A DNA stretch of 64,000 nucleotides from a virus: positions 40,882-104,881 of IMG/VR virus record IMGVR_UViG_3300045120_000483; one strand, 5' to 3'. This document shows, in pieces, positions 45,268-53,184 of this stretch. The position numbers and the translations under genes were made by a program. Numbering within the stretch: position 1 is the stretch's first letter; the number at the start of each line of letters is the position of its first letter. The notes beneath the pieces were generated by a model. The model was given only the letters and a program-made list of their open reading frames with translations. It ran no database searches and had not been told where the DNA came from.

Positions 45268-45825
45268 ATGAATAGAGATTTTACCAGAATCAACGATGCC
45301 TGTATGTACGCCGGTCTGGCCCATGCATCCATTGGGCAGGTACGTAAGTACAGTAAAGAGTCCTATATCGTTCATCCCATGCGGGTTTGCCGCCTTCTTG
45401 ATGAAGTGGGGGAAACCGATGATGTTCTTATTGGCGCTCTTCTTCATGATGTGGTAGAAGATACGCCGATTACGTTGGCGGAAATTCAGGCCAAATTTGG
45501 GATGGAAATTGCCAAATATGTGGAAGGGATGACAGATGTCTCTAAACCTGAGGATGGTAACAGAGCCGTTCGTAAAACGATTGATAGGGAGCATTCTTGG
45601 GAAGCGTGTGGAGAATCCCAGACGATCAAGTGTGCGGACCTTATCGACAACACAGAGGACATTACTTCCCACGATAAAGATTTCTCTCAGGTTTACCTCC
45701 GGGAAAAGAGACTACTTCTTCCGGGTCTGACCAAAGCCAATCCAGCCCTTATTCAAAAGGCCTGGGAGACATTGGAAGCCGCTGAAATCAAAATTTTTGG
45801 AATTATTCAAGGAGAAAGAACATGA
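45268..45825 (+). CDS. HD-domain small alarmone hydrolase ((p)ppGpp hydrolase, Mesh1/SpoT-like)
   Basis: AH..GQVRKY..YIVHP..ALLHDVVEDT..IKCADLIDN. Confidence 0.9.
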   Translation: MNRDFTRINDACMYAGLAHASIGQVRKYSKESYIVHPMRVCRLLDEVGETDDVLIGALLHDVVEDTPITLAEIQAKFGMEIAKYVEGMTDVSKPEDGNRAVRKTIDREHSWEACGESQTIKCADLIDNTEDITSHDKDFSQVYLREKRLLLPGLTKANPALIQKAWETLEAAEIKIFGIIQGERT

Positions 45826-46052
45826 AGGTTGACGTGAAGGTGACTAGTGCGGGGAACGGCTCCCGGGCATATCCTAAAATTAGAAGGAGTATTGCCTACC
45901 AATACTTGGTTTGGTTCTCCACCCCTACAGTGGGGATAGTTGTATCCCAAGGTACGGGAACACAACTTCCCGGAAAATATTCAAATGATTGGGCCCCGGA
46001 GTGTTTTGAAGAGTGGACGGGAGAGGTCGTTTTAACGCTGACACAGGAGTAA
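45822..46052 (+). CDS. hypothetical protein
   Basis: coupled ORF; resembles 46056 and 53375 small proteins. Confidence 0.55.
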   Translation: MKVDVKVTSAGNGSRAYPKIRRSIAYQYLVWFSTPTVGIVVSQGTGTQLPGKYSNDWAPECFEEWTGEVVLTLTQE

Positions 46053-46055
46053 ATC

Positions 46056-46307
46056 ATGACATTGAGAGTCAAAGCTACAGAGGCCGAAGCTAAGAAAGCT
46101 GAGTTAGCGTTTCCCTGCCTGATGAGGTCCAAGAGCGATGGTTGGATTATGTTAGTTACGGGGGTAGAGAATAATATTGTTAGTGGTATGGTTGTTTCCG
46201 ATCCTAATAAGTATTGGTCTTCTCCGATCTTGAGATATTCGAATCGAATGACCGCTATTTCGACTCTTGAACCCTGGGTTGGTAAGGTAGAGTTTATTTC
46301 AGAGTAA
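46056..46307 (+). CDS. hypothetical protein
   Basis: AGGAG RBS. Confidence 0.55.
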   Translation: MTLRVKATEAEAKKAELAFPCLMRSKSDGWIMLVTGVENNIVSGMVVSDPNKYWSSPILRYSNRMTAISTLEPWVGKVEFISE

Positions 46308-46311
46308 GCCG

Positions 46312-46422
46312 GATGGTGGACAGTGAGGATGCATTCCCTGAGTGGTCAAAAGGGCCGGTCTTTTAAACCGATGCGAAAGCTACGTGGGTTCGAATCCCCC
46401 TGCATCCTCACTGTCCATTATC
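46312..46422 (+). tRNA. atypical tRNA-Lys(TTT)-like RNA (class II body, 22-bp extended acceptor helix, no CCA)
   Basis: core 46327..46408; loop CTTTTAA; GC-GAAA-GC variable arm. Confidence 0.7.
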
Positions 46423-47250
46423 ATATAATTTATAGAGGTCTTTGATTTTAAGACCGGTTTTGTTTTCTACATAACTGAAAACCTCCTGGAGGTCCGGTAG
46501 ATAAAGAATTTGGATGGGTTCTGTTACTCCTGAAAGTTTAAAGTCATCAACGGGAGATTTGAAGCCTTTGATTTCGATTAATTTTCCGTTTACCCGAAAG
46601 TCTGGGTAAAAGTTATGTTCTCTTTGAGTTATAGGATTGAAGTATAGATAAGGGGCCTTGTTTCTAGTAATGGAAATTTGGTGTTCTGTGCAAAAAATAT
46701 AGTAAGCTATTTCGTATGTGGAATTACAAAAAAATCCTTGATAGTATCCCTGTTTTCCTCTCCCCGCCCGGTGTCGAAAGCATCCAGGTTTTCCTTTTTT
46801 AGTTATGCTGATATTCTTCGCAGAAAGCGCCTTATTGCACTTAAGAGAACATGTCTTTAAACGTCGGTGTGTATATGGAAGAGGTACCTTGCATTCTTGA
46901 CATATTGAGGGAGATTGCAAATAAAGCTTTTTTGTGATTAAAGATTTTTGTTGTCCTGATATTCTAGAAATTTCCGAAAGACGTTTTTTAGTTTCTGATG
47001 AATGTTGCCACCCGCTTTCTTCTCTCTTTTTCATATTAGCTTTAGCTCCACAAGATTTAGAACAATACCGATATAAGCGACTTTTGTAGGAAATAGGATT
47101 CTGACAAAATTCACAGATTTTTGGGTTTAAAGCGTATTTTTGTTGACTACGCTCAGAAAGCCTGATACCATGGCAAGTAGGAGAACAAATTTTACTTCGC
47201 GGGTCTTGAGGGGTAAAAGGGGCTGAACAAACAAGACAAGAAATTGTCAT
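46408..47250 (-). mobile_element. PD-(D/E)XK homing endonuclease with Zn-ribbon repeats
   Basis: three CxxC..CS..C repeats; STYE..FYPDF..LIEIKG; AT-rich; in tRNA cluster. Confidence 0.8.
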
Positions 47251-47310
47251 TTCTAGAATTAACTCCGGAGTTGATAGGTTACAACTCTATTTATCTTCCA
47301 AAATATAGAT

Positions 47311-47387
47311 GGATCAATGGCTAGACTGGCAATGCAACGGACTCTTAATCCGTCCCCATGGGGGTTCGATTCCCCCTTGATCCTCCA
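47311..47387 (+). tRNA. tRNA-Lys(CTT)
   Basis: loop CTCTTAA, TCCA. Confidence 0.85.
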
Positions 47388-47394
47388 AAATTAT

Positions 47395-47458
47395 GCGGAG
47401 TTCCGATCTGGAAGTAACAAGAACTAATAGGATTTATCCTGATTAGTCCTCCGCACCA
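47395..47458 (+). ncRNA. ACCA-ended mini tRNA-like RNA
   Basis: GCGGAG/CTCCGC-ACCA with two internal hairpins and no anticodon loop. Confidence 0.55.
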
Positions 47459-47463
47459 AGTTT

Positions 47464-47539
47464 ACCCGTAGATGCTGCTAGTTGTGGCAGAATGATTGTC
47501 AATCATTTGAGTGGAGGGCAGAACTCCATACGGGTGCCA
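47464..47539 (+). tRNA. tRNA-Asp(GTC)
   Basis: loop TTGTCAA, G73, atypical T loop GCAGAAC. Confidence 0.75.
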
Positions 47540-47544
47540 TTTAA

Positions 47545-47601
47545 GGGGTCGGGTATATTGGTACCAGATAAGATGCGGTAAAAGTCCGTCTCACCCCACC
47601 A
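47545..47601 (+). ncRNA. anticodon-armless mini tRNA-like RNA
   Basis: GGGGT/ACCCC-ACCA; D-like GGTA-TATTGG-TACC; T-like GCGG-TAAAAGT-CCGT. Confidence 0.6.
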
Positions 47602-47606
47602 AGTCA

Positions 47607-47675
47607 GGAAGAAACATCGGTGCAAATCCGGTACAGATAACGGTTTCTGTTCGTCCAGTAGACTAGGACGCTTCC
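47607..47675 (+). ncRNA. circularly permuted tRNA-like RNA 2
   Basis: GGAAG-var-T arm-capped acceptor ACAGA/TCTGT-D arm GTCC/GGAC-CTTCC. Confidence 0.75.
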
Positions 47676-47768
47676 GCTCCTACCTGGGTATAGCTTTCCC
47701 CTAAGAGTGGTTTCTGGGGGTAAAGGGTGAGCGTCCCATAAAAAACGGAACCCACTAATTTTGAGCTA

Positions 47769-47842
47769 GGGGGAGATACGGTTCGATTCCGATACTAGTC
47801 GCGCGTGAAAGCTAGTTGGACCTAATGGATATGGTCGCCCCC
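47769..47842 (+). ncRNA. circularly permuted tRNA-like RNA 3
   Basis: GGGGG-var-CGG TTCGATT CCG-capped ACTAGT/GCTAGT-D arm GACC TAATGGATAT GGTC-CCCCC. Confidence 0.75.
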
Positions 47843-47846
47843 GTTA

Positions 47847-47937
47847 CCCGTCTAGAACTGGTGTTCAGAGGAGCCTTATAAACTCTTTGCTCCGGACTGG
47901 AGTCTTTGGCGCGGATCGTAACCGTGAGGCGGGACCA
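47847..47937 (+). ncRNA. tRNA-like RNA with 14-nt anticodon-position loop
   Basis: CCCGTCT/AGGCGGG-ACCA; GAAC/GTTC; GGAGC/GCTCC; T arm CGCGG-ATCGTAA-CCGTG. Confidence 0.6.
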
Positions 47938-47953
47938 ATTTAAGGAGTCTGTT

Positions 47954-48121
47954 ATGGAAGATGAAGAGGAAATATTCTACCGGGTTAAGTGTGTTCATTG
48001 CGGTCGTTTCATGTCGTCCAAAGACGCCCGTTATCACTTTATTCCGGATAGTCATTTTGGACCGGAAGAGGGATGGTGGGAGCATCGGGGATACTGTAAT
48101 GAAAATATATCTAAAGTTTGA
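47954..48121 (+). CDS. small Zn-finger protein
   Basis: AAGGAG RBS; CVHCGRF. Confidence 0.5.
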   Translation: MEDEEEIFYRVKCVHCGRFMSSKDARYHFIPDSHFGPEEGWWEHRGYCNENISKV

Positions 48122-48491
48122 TGAGAATGTCTTTCCCCCGAAGCTGACGCTTTCTGTCAAAGGTGCTCCCCATTCCCGTCAACACCGGGCAATTTTTAAG
48201 ACTTATCGAAATGCAATCTGGGAAGCTTGGGAGAAGGCAGGTTATAATCATCAGATTGATTATCCCATTGACCTGGACGTAATTTTTTGTGATCCGGCAT
48301 CACCAGATTTAGACCATACCCTAATGGCGCTCTATTCTGCTATTGATGGCAAGTCCACGCTGAAGGGTAATAAGAATGACAAGAGTCCAAGGCACCCGGC
48401 TCTGATGACGGATGATGGATATATTTCAGAAATTCGAATGCGAAACTTCTGGCCTAACGAAGCTACCAGAGCCGACAACCGAATCTATTAA
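48099..48491 (+). CDS. RusA-like resolvase/nuclease
   Basis: PDLDHTLMALYSAIDG...MTDDGYISE. Confidence 0.6.
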   Translation: MKIYLKFDENVFPPKLTLSVKGAPHSRQHRAIFKTYRNAIWEAWEKAGYNHQIDYPIDLDVIFCDPASPDLDHTLMALYSAIDGKSTLKGNKNDKSPRHPALMTDDGYISEIRMRNFWPNEATRADNRIY

Positions 48492-48505
48492 CAGGGAGAG
48501 AGATT

Positions 48506-48820
48506 ATGCAAGCAGAGATCAAGACCAAGTGGGCGAACGCTCTTCGTTCCGGAAAGTATGCCCAGGGCACCGGGGGCCTTAAGAAAGATAATGCCTTTTG
48601 TTGTTTGGGAGTCCTTTGTGATATTATTAATCCCGATGGTTGGGAGGATAGTACCATACCATCCCAAAGATTTACTTATGGAGGAGAAAGTTCTTATTGT
48701 TCCTTACCCGAAAGCCTAAAGACAGAGCTTGGGTTTAAAGCTACTCTGAGGTTCATTGAAATGAATGATCAACAAGGACGATCTTTCGACTATATTGCAG
48801 ATTATGTGGAGAACCTATGA
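48506..48820 (+). CDS. hypothetical protein, CCLGV/MND paralog family
   Basis: KW..ALRSGKYAQG..FCCLGVLC..MND..SF..IAD. Confidence 0.8.
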   Translation: MQAEIKTKWANALRSGKYAQGTGGLKKDNAFCCLGVLCDIINPDGWEDSTIPSQRFTYGGESSYCSLPESLKTELGFKATLRFIEMNDQQGRSFDYIADYVENL

Positions 48821-49005
48821 CCGTCCTGGAGCAATTTATAGAAACTTTTGGGGAAGCTTGTGATATGGATTCGCCGGACAGACTGTTTGTCTTCAAATCA
48901 ATTCTTCTTGAGTTTGCCACCTTGGCTATAAATGATAAGGACTTTCAAGAAGAAGTGCTTTCCGAAGCAAAGAAGGTCAATGAAATTTTAGCTAAAATGA
49001 CATAA
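48817..49005 (+). CDS. hypothetical protein
   Basis: coupled ORF. Confidence 0.5.
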   Translation: MTVLEQFIETFGEACDMDSPDRLFVFKSILLEFATLAINDKDFQEEVLSEAKKVNEILAKMT

Positions 49006-49081
49006 GCCTACGTAATTCAATGGATAGAAATCATGCCTTCGAAGCATGAAGTTGCGGGTCCGAATCCTGCCGTAGGTTCCA
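49006..49081 (+). tRNA. tRNA-Arg(TCG)
   Basis: loop CTTCGAA, TCCA. Confidence 0.85.
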
Positions 49082-49100
49082 CCTTAAAAAAGGATATATT

Positions 49101-49448
49101 ATGAAGCAACATAGTTTTCGTTATATTCTGCTTGAGCTTTTTGATGGAAATAATGTTTATTGGGATTATGGGTCGCCGCTCATTCTGAGAAAAGATGAAA
49201 CTTTTACATTTTTTGCGGCTTATTCTGCCAAAGATTTTCCGGAGTTTGAGGACCGACTAGCCATCAATTCTATGATACTTCCTAAAAAAGTAGTCTGGAA
49301 ATGGGATGATCTAGGTTCTAAAAAAGAGGCGGCCGGTACTTTCTCCTTGAGAGAGAAGCTTCCAGATTTTGCGCGCAGACTATCTGTCAAAGGTGTTAAT
49401 GATCCAACAGCCCTTAAAGCTGAAGGTCGGGTCCTGACCAAAGACTAA
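49101..49448 (+). CDS. hypothetical protein
   Basis: AAGGA RBS. Confidence 0.6.
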   Translation: MKQHSFRYILLELFDGNNVYWDYGSPLILRKDETFTFFAAYSAKDFPEFEDRLAINSMILPKKVVWKWDDLGSKKEAAGTFSLREKLPDFARRLSVKGVNDPTALKAEGRVLTKD

Positions 49449-49474
49449 ATTCACTTGTAGTCATACAACACTAT

Positions 49475-49939
49475 TTACTTGCATTCGTCAAAAATCTGAA
49501 ATGCCACAATTTGATCTGCCATCATGTAGCTGACTTTAGGCGTCAGGGGTCGTCTAGTGTCGATGAATGCCTGGACGATCTCCGGATAGAATCTTCGAAT
49601 TAGCATATCAGTTAGTTCGGGTTCCGGAACACTCCCTCTAGGGGTCTGGGTAGATGCCAAATGAAAACCAAAGCTGGCCCGGGGAGTCACACAGACTTGT
49701 TCCTTGGGAAGCATCAGAACAAGGGTACAGGCAGAGACACACCAGCCATCGATTTTGACCGGGGCATGAGAGGCCAGAAGGCGTTTATACCATTTGTTAT
49801 ATTCATCGACTTCGCCACCCCAATCATCTGCAATGGTGAAGTAGGTCTGACCGGAAGAGATAGAGGAAGTAGCAGGTTGGGCAAAACAGGTGGAGATTGT
49901 CAGAAAAAGAGCAAAAAAAGTCGAAAGAAATCTTGACAT
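49475..49939 (-). CDS. secreted ClpP/crotonase-like protein
   Basis: signal peptide; DWGGEV, IDGWCVSACTL, FGFH; GCTAAATA upstream. Confidence 0.65.
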   Translation of the reverse strand: MSRFLSTFFALFLTISTCFAQPATSSISSGQTYFTIADDWGGEVDEYNKWYKRLLASHAPVKIDGWCVSACTLVLMLPKEQVCVTPRASFGFHLASTQTPRGSVPEPELTDMLIRRFYPEIVQAFIDTRRPLTPKVSYMMADQIVAFQIFDECK

Positions 49940-50080
49940 GGGGCCTCTCTCTTGATAAGATACTAGGCATATTTAGCAAATTAGGAATTAGCCCGGAAGT
50001 AAGGCAATTCCTGATACCGAAGAAGGGGACTAACGTATTCCTCTTTTTCACCCCAATTTTCTGTGAAAAGGAACTTTATT

Positions 50081-50428
50081 ATGTCAGAGGTAGAGAAAGT
50101 CGTTCTGTCCCCCGAACAAATTCTGAATAGGGCAGCCGACCTGATTGATAAGAATGGTTTGGCCAAGGCAAGCTTTTGTACGGCGGACTTAGGAAACGAT
50201 TGGACGGAACAGGATTGTTTCTGTATAGCGGGGGCTATTGCTTTTGCTTCTGGTTATTCTGGTTCGCCCCGGTCTCCAATAAAATTACATAAGGCTTATA
50301 GTATTCCCCTTGAGAAGGAGTTTAGAGACTCTACTGAGGCCTTTGAATGGAATGATGACCCCAAAACCACCAAAAAAATGGTAGTCAATTGTTTGAGAGA
50401 TATGGCAAAGAAGGAGACGAAATCATGA
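50081..50428 (+). CDS. hypothetical protein (DUF6197-like, CIAGA/WND)
   Basis: L.RAADLI.KNG..C.CIAGAI..WND; promoter at 49933. Confidence 0.75.
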   Translation: MSEVEKVVLSPEQILNRAADLIDKNGLAKASFCTADLGNDWTEQDCFCIAGAIAFASGYSGSPRSPIKLHKAYSIPLEKEFRDSTEAFEWNDDPKTTKKMVVNCLRDMAKKETKS

Positions 50429-50748
50429 GCACTCTGAAGGATGTCTATCTAAAAGCGGCGGAATTGATTGAGAAGAATGGCCTCTACACGGCCGGGGGAT
50501 ATGCCAATAAACCTCTTTATTGTTGTAAAGAAAATGATTGTGTTTGTATAGCCGGGGCAGTTGTGATTGCTAAGGGGTTGTTGCTTGGTAAAGATGAATT
50601 CGATAATTATGCTAAAGAAGCAACAAAACCTTTGTTTTGTTATTTTGACCCGGATGGTCAATATGATAAACTGTTTGATTGGAATGACAGTCAAGGTACC
50701 AAGGAAGCAGCTATAGCAATCCTGAAAGAGATTGCCGAAACACTGTGA
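50425..50748 (+). CDS. tandem paralog of 50081 protein
   Basis: KAAELIEKNG..CIAGAV..WND. Confidence 0.75.
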   Translation: MSTLKDVYLKAAELIEKNGLYTAGGYANKPLYCCKENDCVCIAGAVVIAKGLLLGKDEFDNYAKEATKPLFCYFDPDGQYDKLFDWNDSQGTKEAAIAILKEIAETL

Positions 50749-50910
50749 GTTTTAGTCCACATGAAGCATTTGCCGCATGGTGGAACGCTCATTCCCATGA
50801 GGATCGACAAAGGTTAGTAACTGATAATGTACATATTGCTCTTGGAACGTGGGAGAGGATCGAAGGCCGGGATGTTTATATACGACAAATAGGTCAAAGT
50901 TACAGAGTTT

Positions 50911-50964
50911 GCCCGATCAGTATATTTTCGGAGCCATTAATTGGTGGTCCCGAATCGGGCACCA
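50911..50964 (+). ncRNA. ACCA-ended mini tRNA-like RNA
   Basis: 7-bp GCCCGAT/ATCGGGC-ACCA plus one long hairpin. Confidence 0.5.
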
Positions 50965-50970
50965 GTTCAA

Positions 50971-51044
50971 GCGGGAGTAGTTCAATGACAGAACATTGCT
51001 TTGCCAAGGCAAATACGGGGGTTTGATTCCCCCTTTCCGCTCCA
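50971..51044 (+). tRNA. tRNA-Gly(GCC)
   Basis: GCGGGAG, loop TTGCCAA, TCCA. Confidence 0.9.
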
Positions 51045-51050
51045 GTTTAT

Positions 51051-51137
51051 GGAAATGTCAACTAGCGGGGAGCTAGCACTGTTTGGAAAACAGTTGAGAC
51101 CGAAAGGTTGAGGGATCGTTTCCCTGAGTTTCCGCCA
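51051..51137 (+). tRNA. tRNA-Ser(GGA)
   Basis: loop TTGGAAA, variable arm, GCCA. Confidence 0.8.
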
Positions 51138-51146
51138 TTTTAAGTA

Positions 51147-51222
51147 GGGCCTGTAGTGATAGAAGGTAGCATTCCGCACTTGCAATGCGGGGGACACGGG
51201 GCAGTACCGTGCTGGTCCACCA
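51147..51222 (+). tRNA. tRNA-Ala(TGC), second divergent copy
   Basis: G3:U70, loop CTTGCAA, T loop GCAGTAC. Confidence 0.8.
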
Positions 51223-51248
51223 TTTAACATAATGAAAGGAAATACATC

Positions 51249-51716
51249 ATGGAAGCGTCAGAGGTTTTGAAGATTGTTGCTAACGGACTGGCCTCTCAGG
51301 GGGGCCCGGCTTATGAAAGTGGAGCGTGTCTTTATCGGGCTTCGGGAGGTCGAAAGTGTGCGGCCGGATGGATCATTACCGATGAAGAGATTATGAGGGG
51401 CGTTCGGAGTATGAATTTATCTAGCTTGAAACATGAAGGAACCCTTCCAAAGAGTTGTGAGGAACATTTTAGTCTATTAGAATTATTGCAAGAAGTTCAT
51501 GATAGTTGTGCTTTGAATTATTCATATGTTTCAGTAACAAAACCCGAACCGGATCAATTGGCTATGTGGAAGAATGTCCATGGACCATGCGGTATTGCAA
51601 CCAAACTGAGAAGGGTTGCCCGGGAAAATGATCTTGATCCGGAGATTGTGACTGAAGCGTTCAAAAATTATGGAGGGGTCACGGCCGATTCCGATGATGC
51701 TAGAAATAGCGAATAA
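51249..51716 (+). CDS. hypothetical protein
   Basis: L..QG.PA...CLYR..GRKCAAG...LQEVHD. Confidence 0.75.
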   Translation: MEASEVLKIVANGLASQGGPAYESGACLYRASGGRKCAAGWIITDEEIMRGVRSMNLSSLKHEGTLPKSCEEHFSLLELLQEVHDSCALNYSYVSVTKPEPDQLAMWKNVHGPCGIATKLRRVARENDLDPEIVTEAFKNYGGVTADSDDARNSE

Positions 51717-51727
51717 AACCTCCGCCA
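51672..51727 (+). ncRNA. NCCA-ended mini RNA (family A, copy 2)
   Basis: GGAGGGGT..CGGCCG..CCG..hairpin..AAA.CCTCC-GCCA, like 41302. Confidence 0.55.
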
Positions 51728-51736
51728 AATTTTAAT

Positions 51737-51811
51737 GACTTGGTAGCTCAGTGACAGAGCGGGAGTCCGTTAAACTCTTGGTCGGGGGTTTGATTCCCTC
51801 CCTTGTCTCCA
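51737..51811 (+). tRNA. atypical tRNA-Asn(GTT)
   Basis: loop CCGTTAA (C33), two U-U mismatches in acceptor, U73. Confidence 0.6.
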
Positions 51812-51825
51812 AATTAAAAATTTAT

Positions 51826-51906
51826 TCCCACGAAGGCGAAGCAAGGTGCATTCGCGTCCGCTGTTAACGGAAGATTAGGCAGGTTCGATTCCTGCGGTGG
51901 GAGCCA
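51826..51906 (+). tRNA. tRNA-Asn(GTT)
   Basis: TCCCAC/GTGGGA-GCCA, loop CTGTTAA. Confidence 0.85.
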
Positions 51907-51912
51907 ATTTTT

Positions 51913-51987
51913 GGGGTATTCGTCTAGCGGTCAGGATGCTGCTTTCTCAATGCAGTGACAGGGATTCAACTTCCCTATACCCTACCA
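51913..51987 (+). tRNA. tRNA-Glu(CTC)
   Basis: loop TTCTCAA, ACCA. Confidence 0.85.
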
Positions 51988-51993
51988 GTTCAT

Positions 51994-52070
51994 ACTCTAG
52001 TAGCTCAGTGGAATAGAGCGTCACCCTGCGAAGGTGAGGGTCGGAAGTTCGAATCTTCCTTAGAGTGCCA
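51994..52070 (+). tRNA. tRNA-Arg(GCG)
   Basis: loop CTGCGAA, GCCA. Confidence 0.85.
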
Positions 52071-52076
52071 TAGAAA

Positions 52077-52098
52077 AAGGGAGCCGTTAAGCTCCCTT
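52077..52098. terminator. hairpin terminator between convergent units
   Basis: AAGGGAGC-CGTTAA-GCTCCCTT with A-run. Confidence 0.55.
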
Positions 52099-52122
52099 CC
52101 CCAACTCTTATTGAAAAGGTTA

Positions 52123-52314
52123 TTAACCTTTTACAGATACGTCCAAAGCGTCGGCCGCGTCATGAAGCTTGGTTGTCAGTTCGACAACTGCGGCTTTGTC
52201 ACCGCCTGCTGCGGCGATCTGGTCGGCAAGGTCCTTGAACTTTACGACGGCAAGACCGACTTCGGTTACCATACGGTCAACTTCAGTAGATAGGGCATCG
52301 AATTCTACGCTCAT
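52123..52314 (-). CDS. small Ala-rich helical late protein
   Basis: AAGGA RBS; GATAAATA upstream. Confidence 0.6.
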   Translation of the reverse strand: MSVEFDALSTEVDRMVTEVGLAVVKFKDLADQIAAAGGDKAAVVELTTKLHDAADALDVSVKG

Positions 52315-52389
52315 ATTTTATATTCCTTCTTTTGTTTGTTGTTGCAACAATAATAACGTCATGTGTACTATTTATCTTTCAAATTTCTT

Positions 52390-52464
52390 GGGGAATTAGC
52401 ATAACGGCTAGTGCATTCGGCTCTGACCCGAAAGGTGGGGGATCATTCCCCTCATTCCCTTCCA
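52390..52464 (+). tRNA. tRNA-Gln(CTG)
   Basis: loop CTCTGAC, atypical T loop, TCCA. Confidence 0.8.
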
Positions 52465-52472
52465 TTTTCTTC

Positions 52473-52501
52473 TTGACAACCCCTCTTTCATTCAATATAA
52501 T
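52473..52501 (+). promoter_or_regulatory. consensus sigma70 promoter
   Basis: TTGACA-N17-TATAAT. Confidence 0.85.
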
Positions 52502-52540
52502 GTGAAAATTGAACATGACAACAAAAAGGATATTTTCGTC

Positions 52541-52765
52541 ATGAATGACCGTCCGCAACTTAGTATAAAGCCCCGTAATTGGCCCGAAGCGGTATCTATG
52601 GGTAAGGAAAAAAGTTCCAAGTGTACCAAGCCTTATCGGAATACCGATGGGGGCAAGCTGGGACGTAAGCAGGCCAATTTGAGTCGCCGCCGCAACGACC
52701 ATGCCGCGACTATTAAGGCCGCCCGTGATCCTCAGGCATATAAGACACCGGGGAGCATGAAGTAG
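52541..52765 (+). CDS. small basic protein
   Basis: AAGGA RBS; ends YKTPGSMK. Confidence 0.55.
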   Translation: MNDRPQLSIKPRNWPEAVSMGKEKSSKCTKPYRNTDGGKLGRKQANLSRRRNDHAATIKAARDPQAYKTPGSMK

Positions 52766-53184
52766 ATGATGTCTCCCTATGAGATGAAACATCTTCATGA
52801 TTTTCGAATTTCCTGGTTCCGGGTTCTTGTGAATGGGACTAATGAAATTCTTCTGAATCATATGAAACTTCGGGAACCTACCGCTGAAATGGCGGAGTTC
52901 AATTTTCGAAGAGAATATCCGAAAGTTGATGATTATGAACTGGTGGAAATATGAGATATGTAGCCCTTACAAAATGGACCTTTTCTAAAAAGGTCATATG
53001 GCGACAATATATTTCCTTTCATGGTGGGTATACGGAGTATACCTGGATATTCTTGGATCGTTATAAGGAATATAGGGGAGAGTCTTTTCATATTAATGCA
53101 GAGGTTTATGTATCGGGAAGTATTACCCCCGATATTGGTCCGTGGTATGATGCGTTGAAGAGACATCCTTTCACCGTGTTTTAA
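52766..53184 (+). CDS. two coupled small hypothetical ORFs (52766..52954, 52951..53184)
   Basis: ATGA coupling. Confidence 0.45.
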
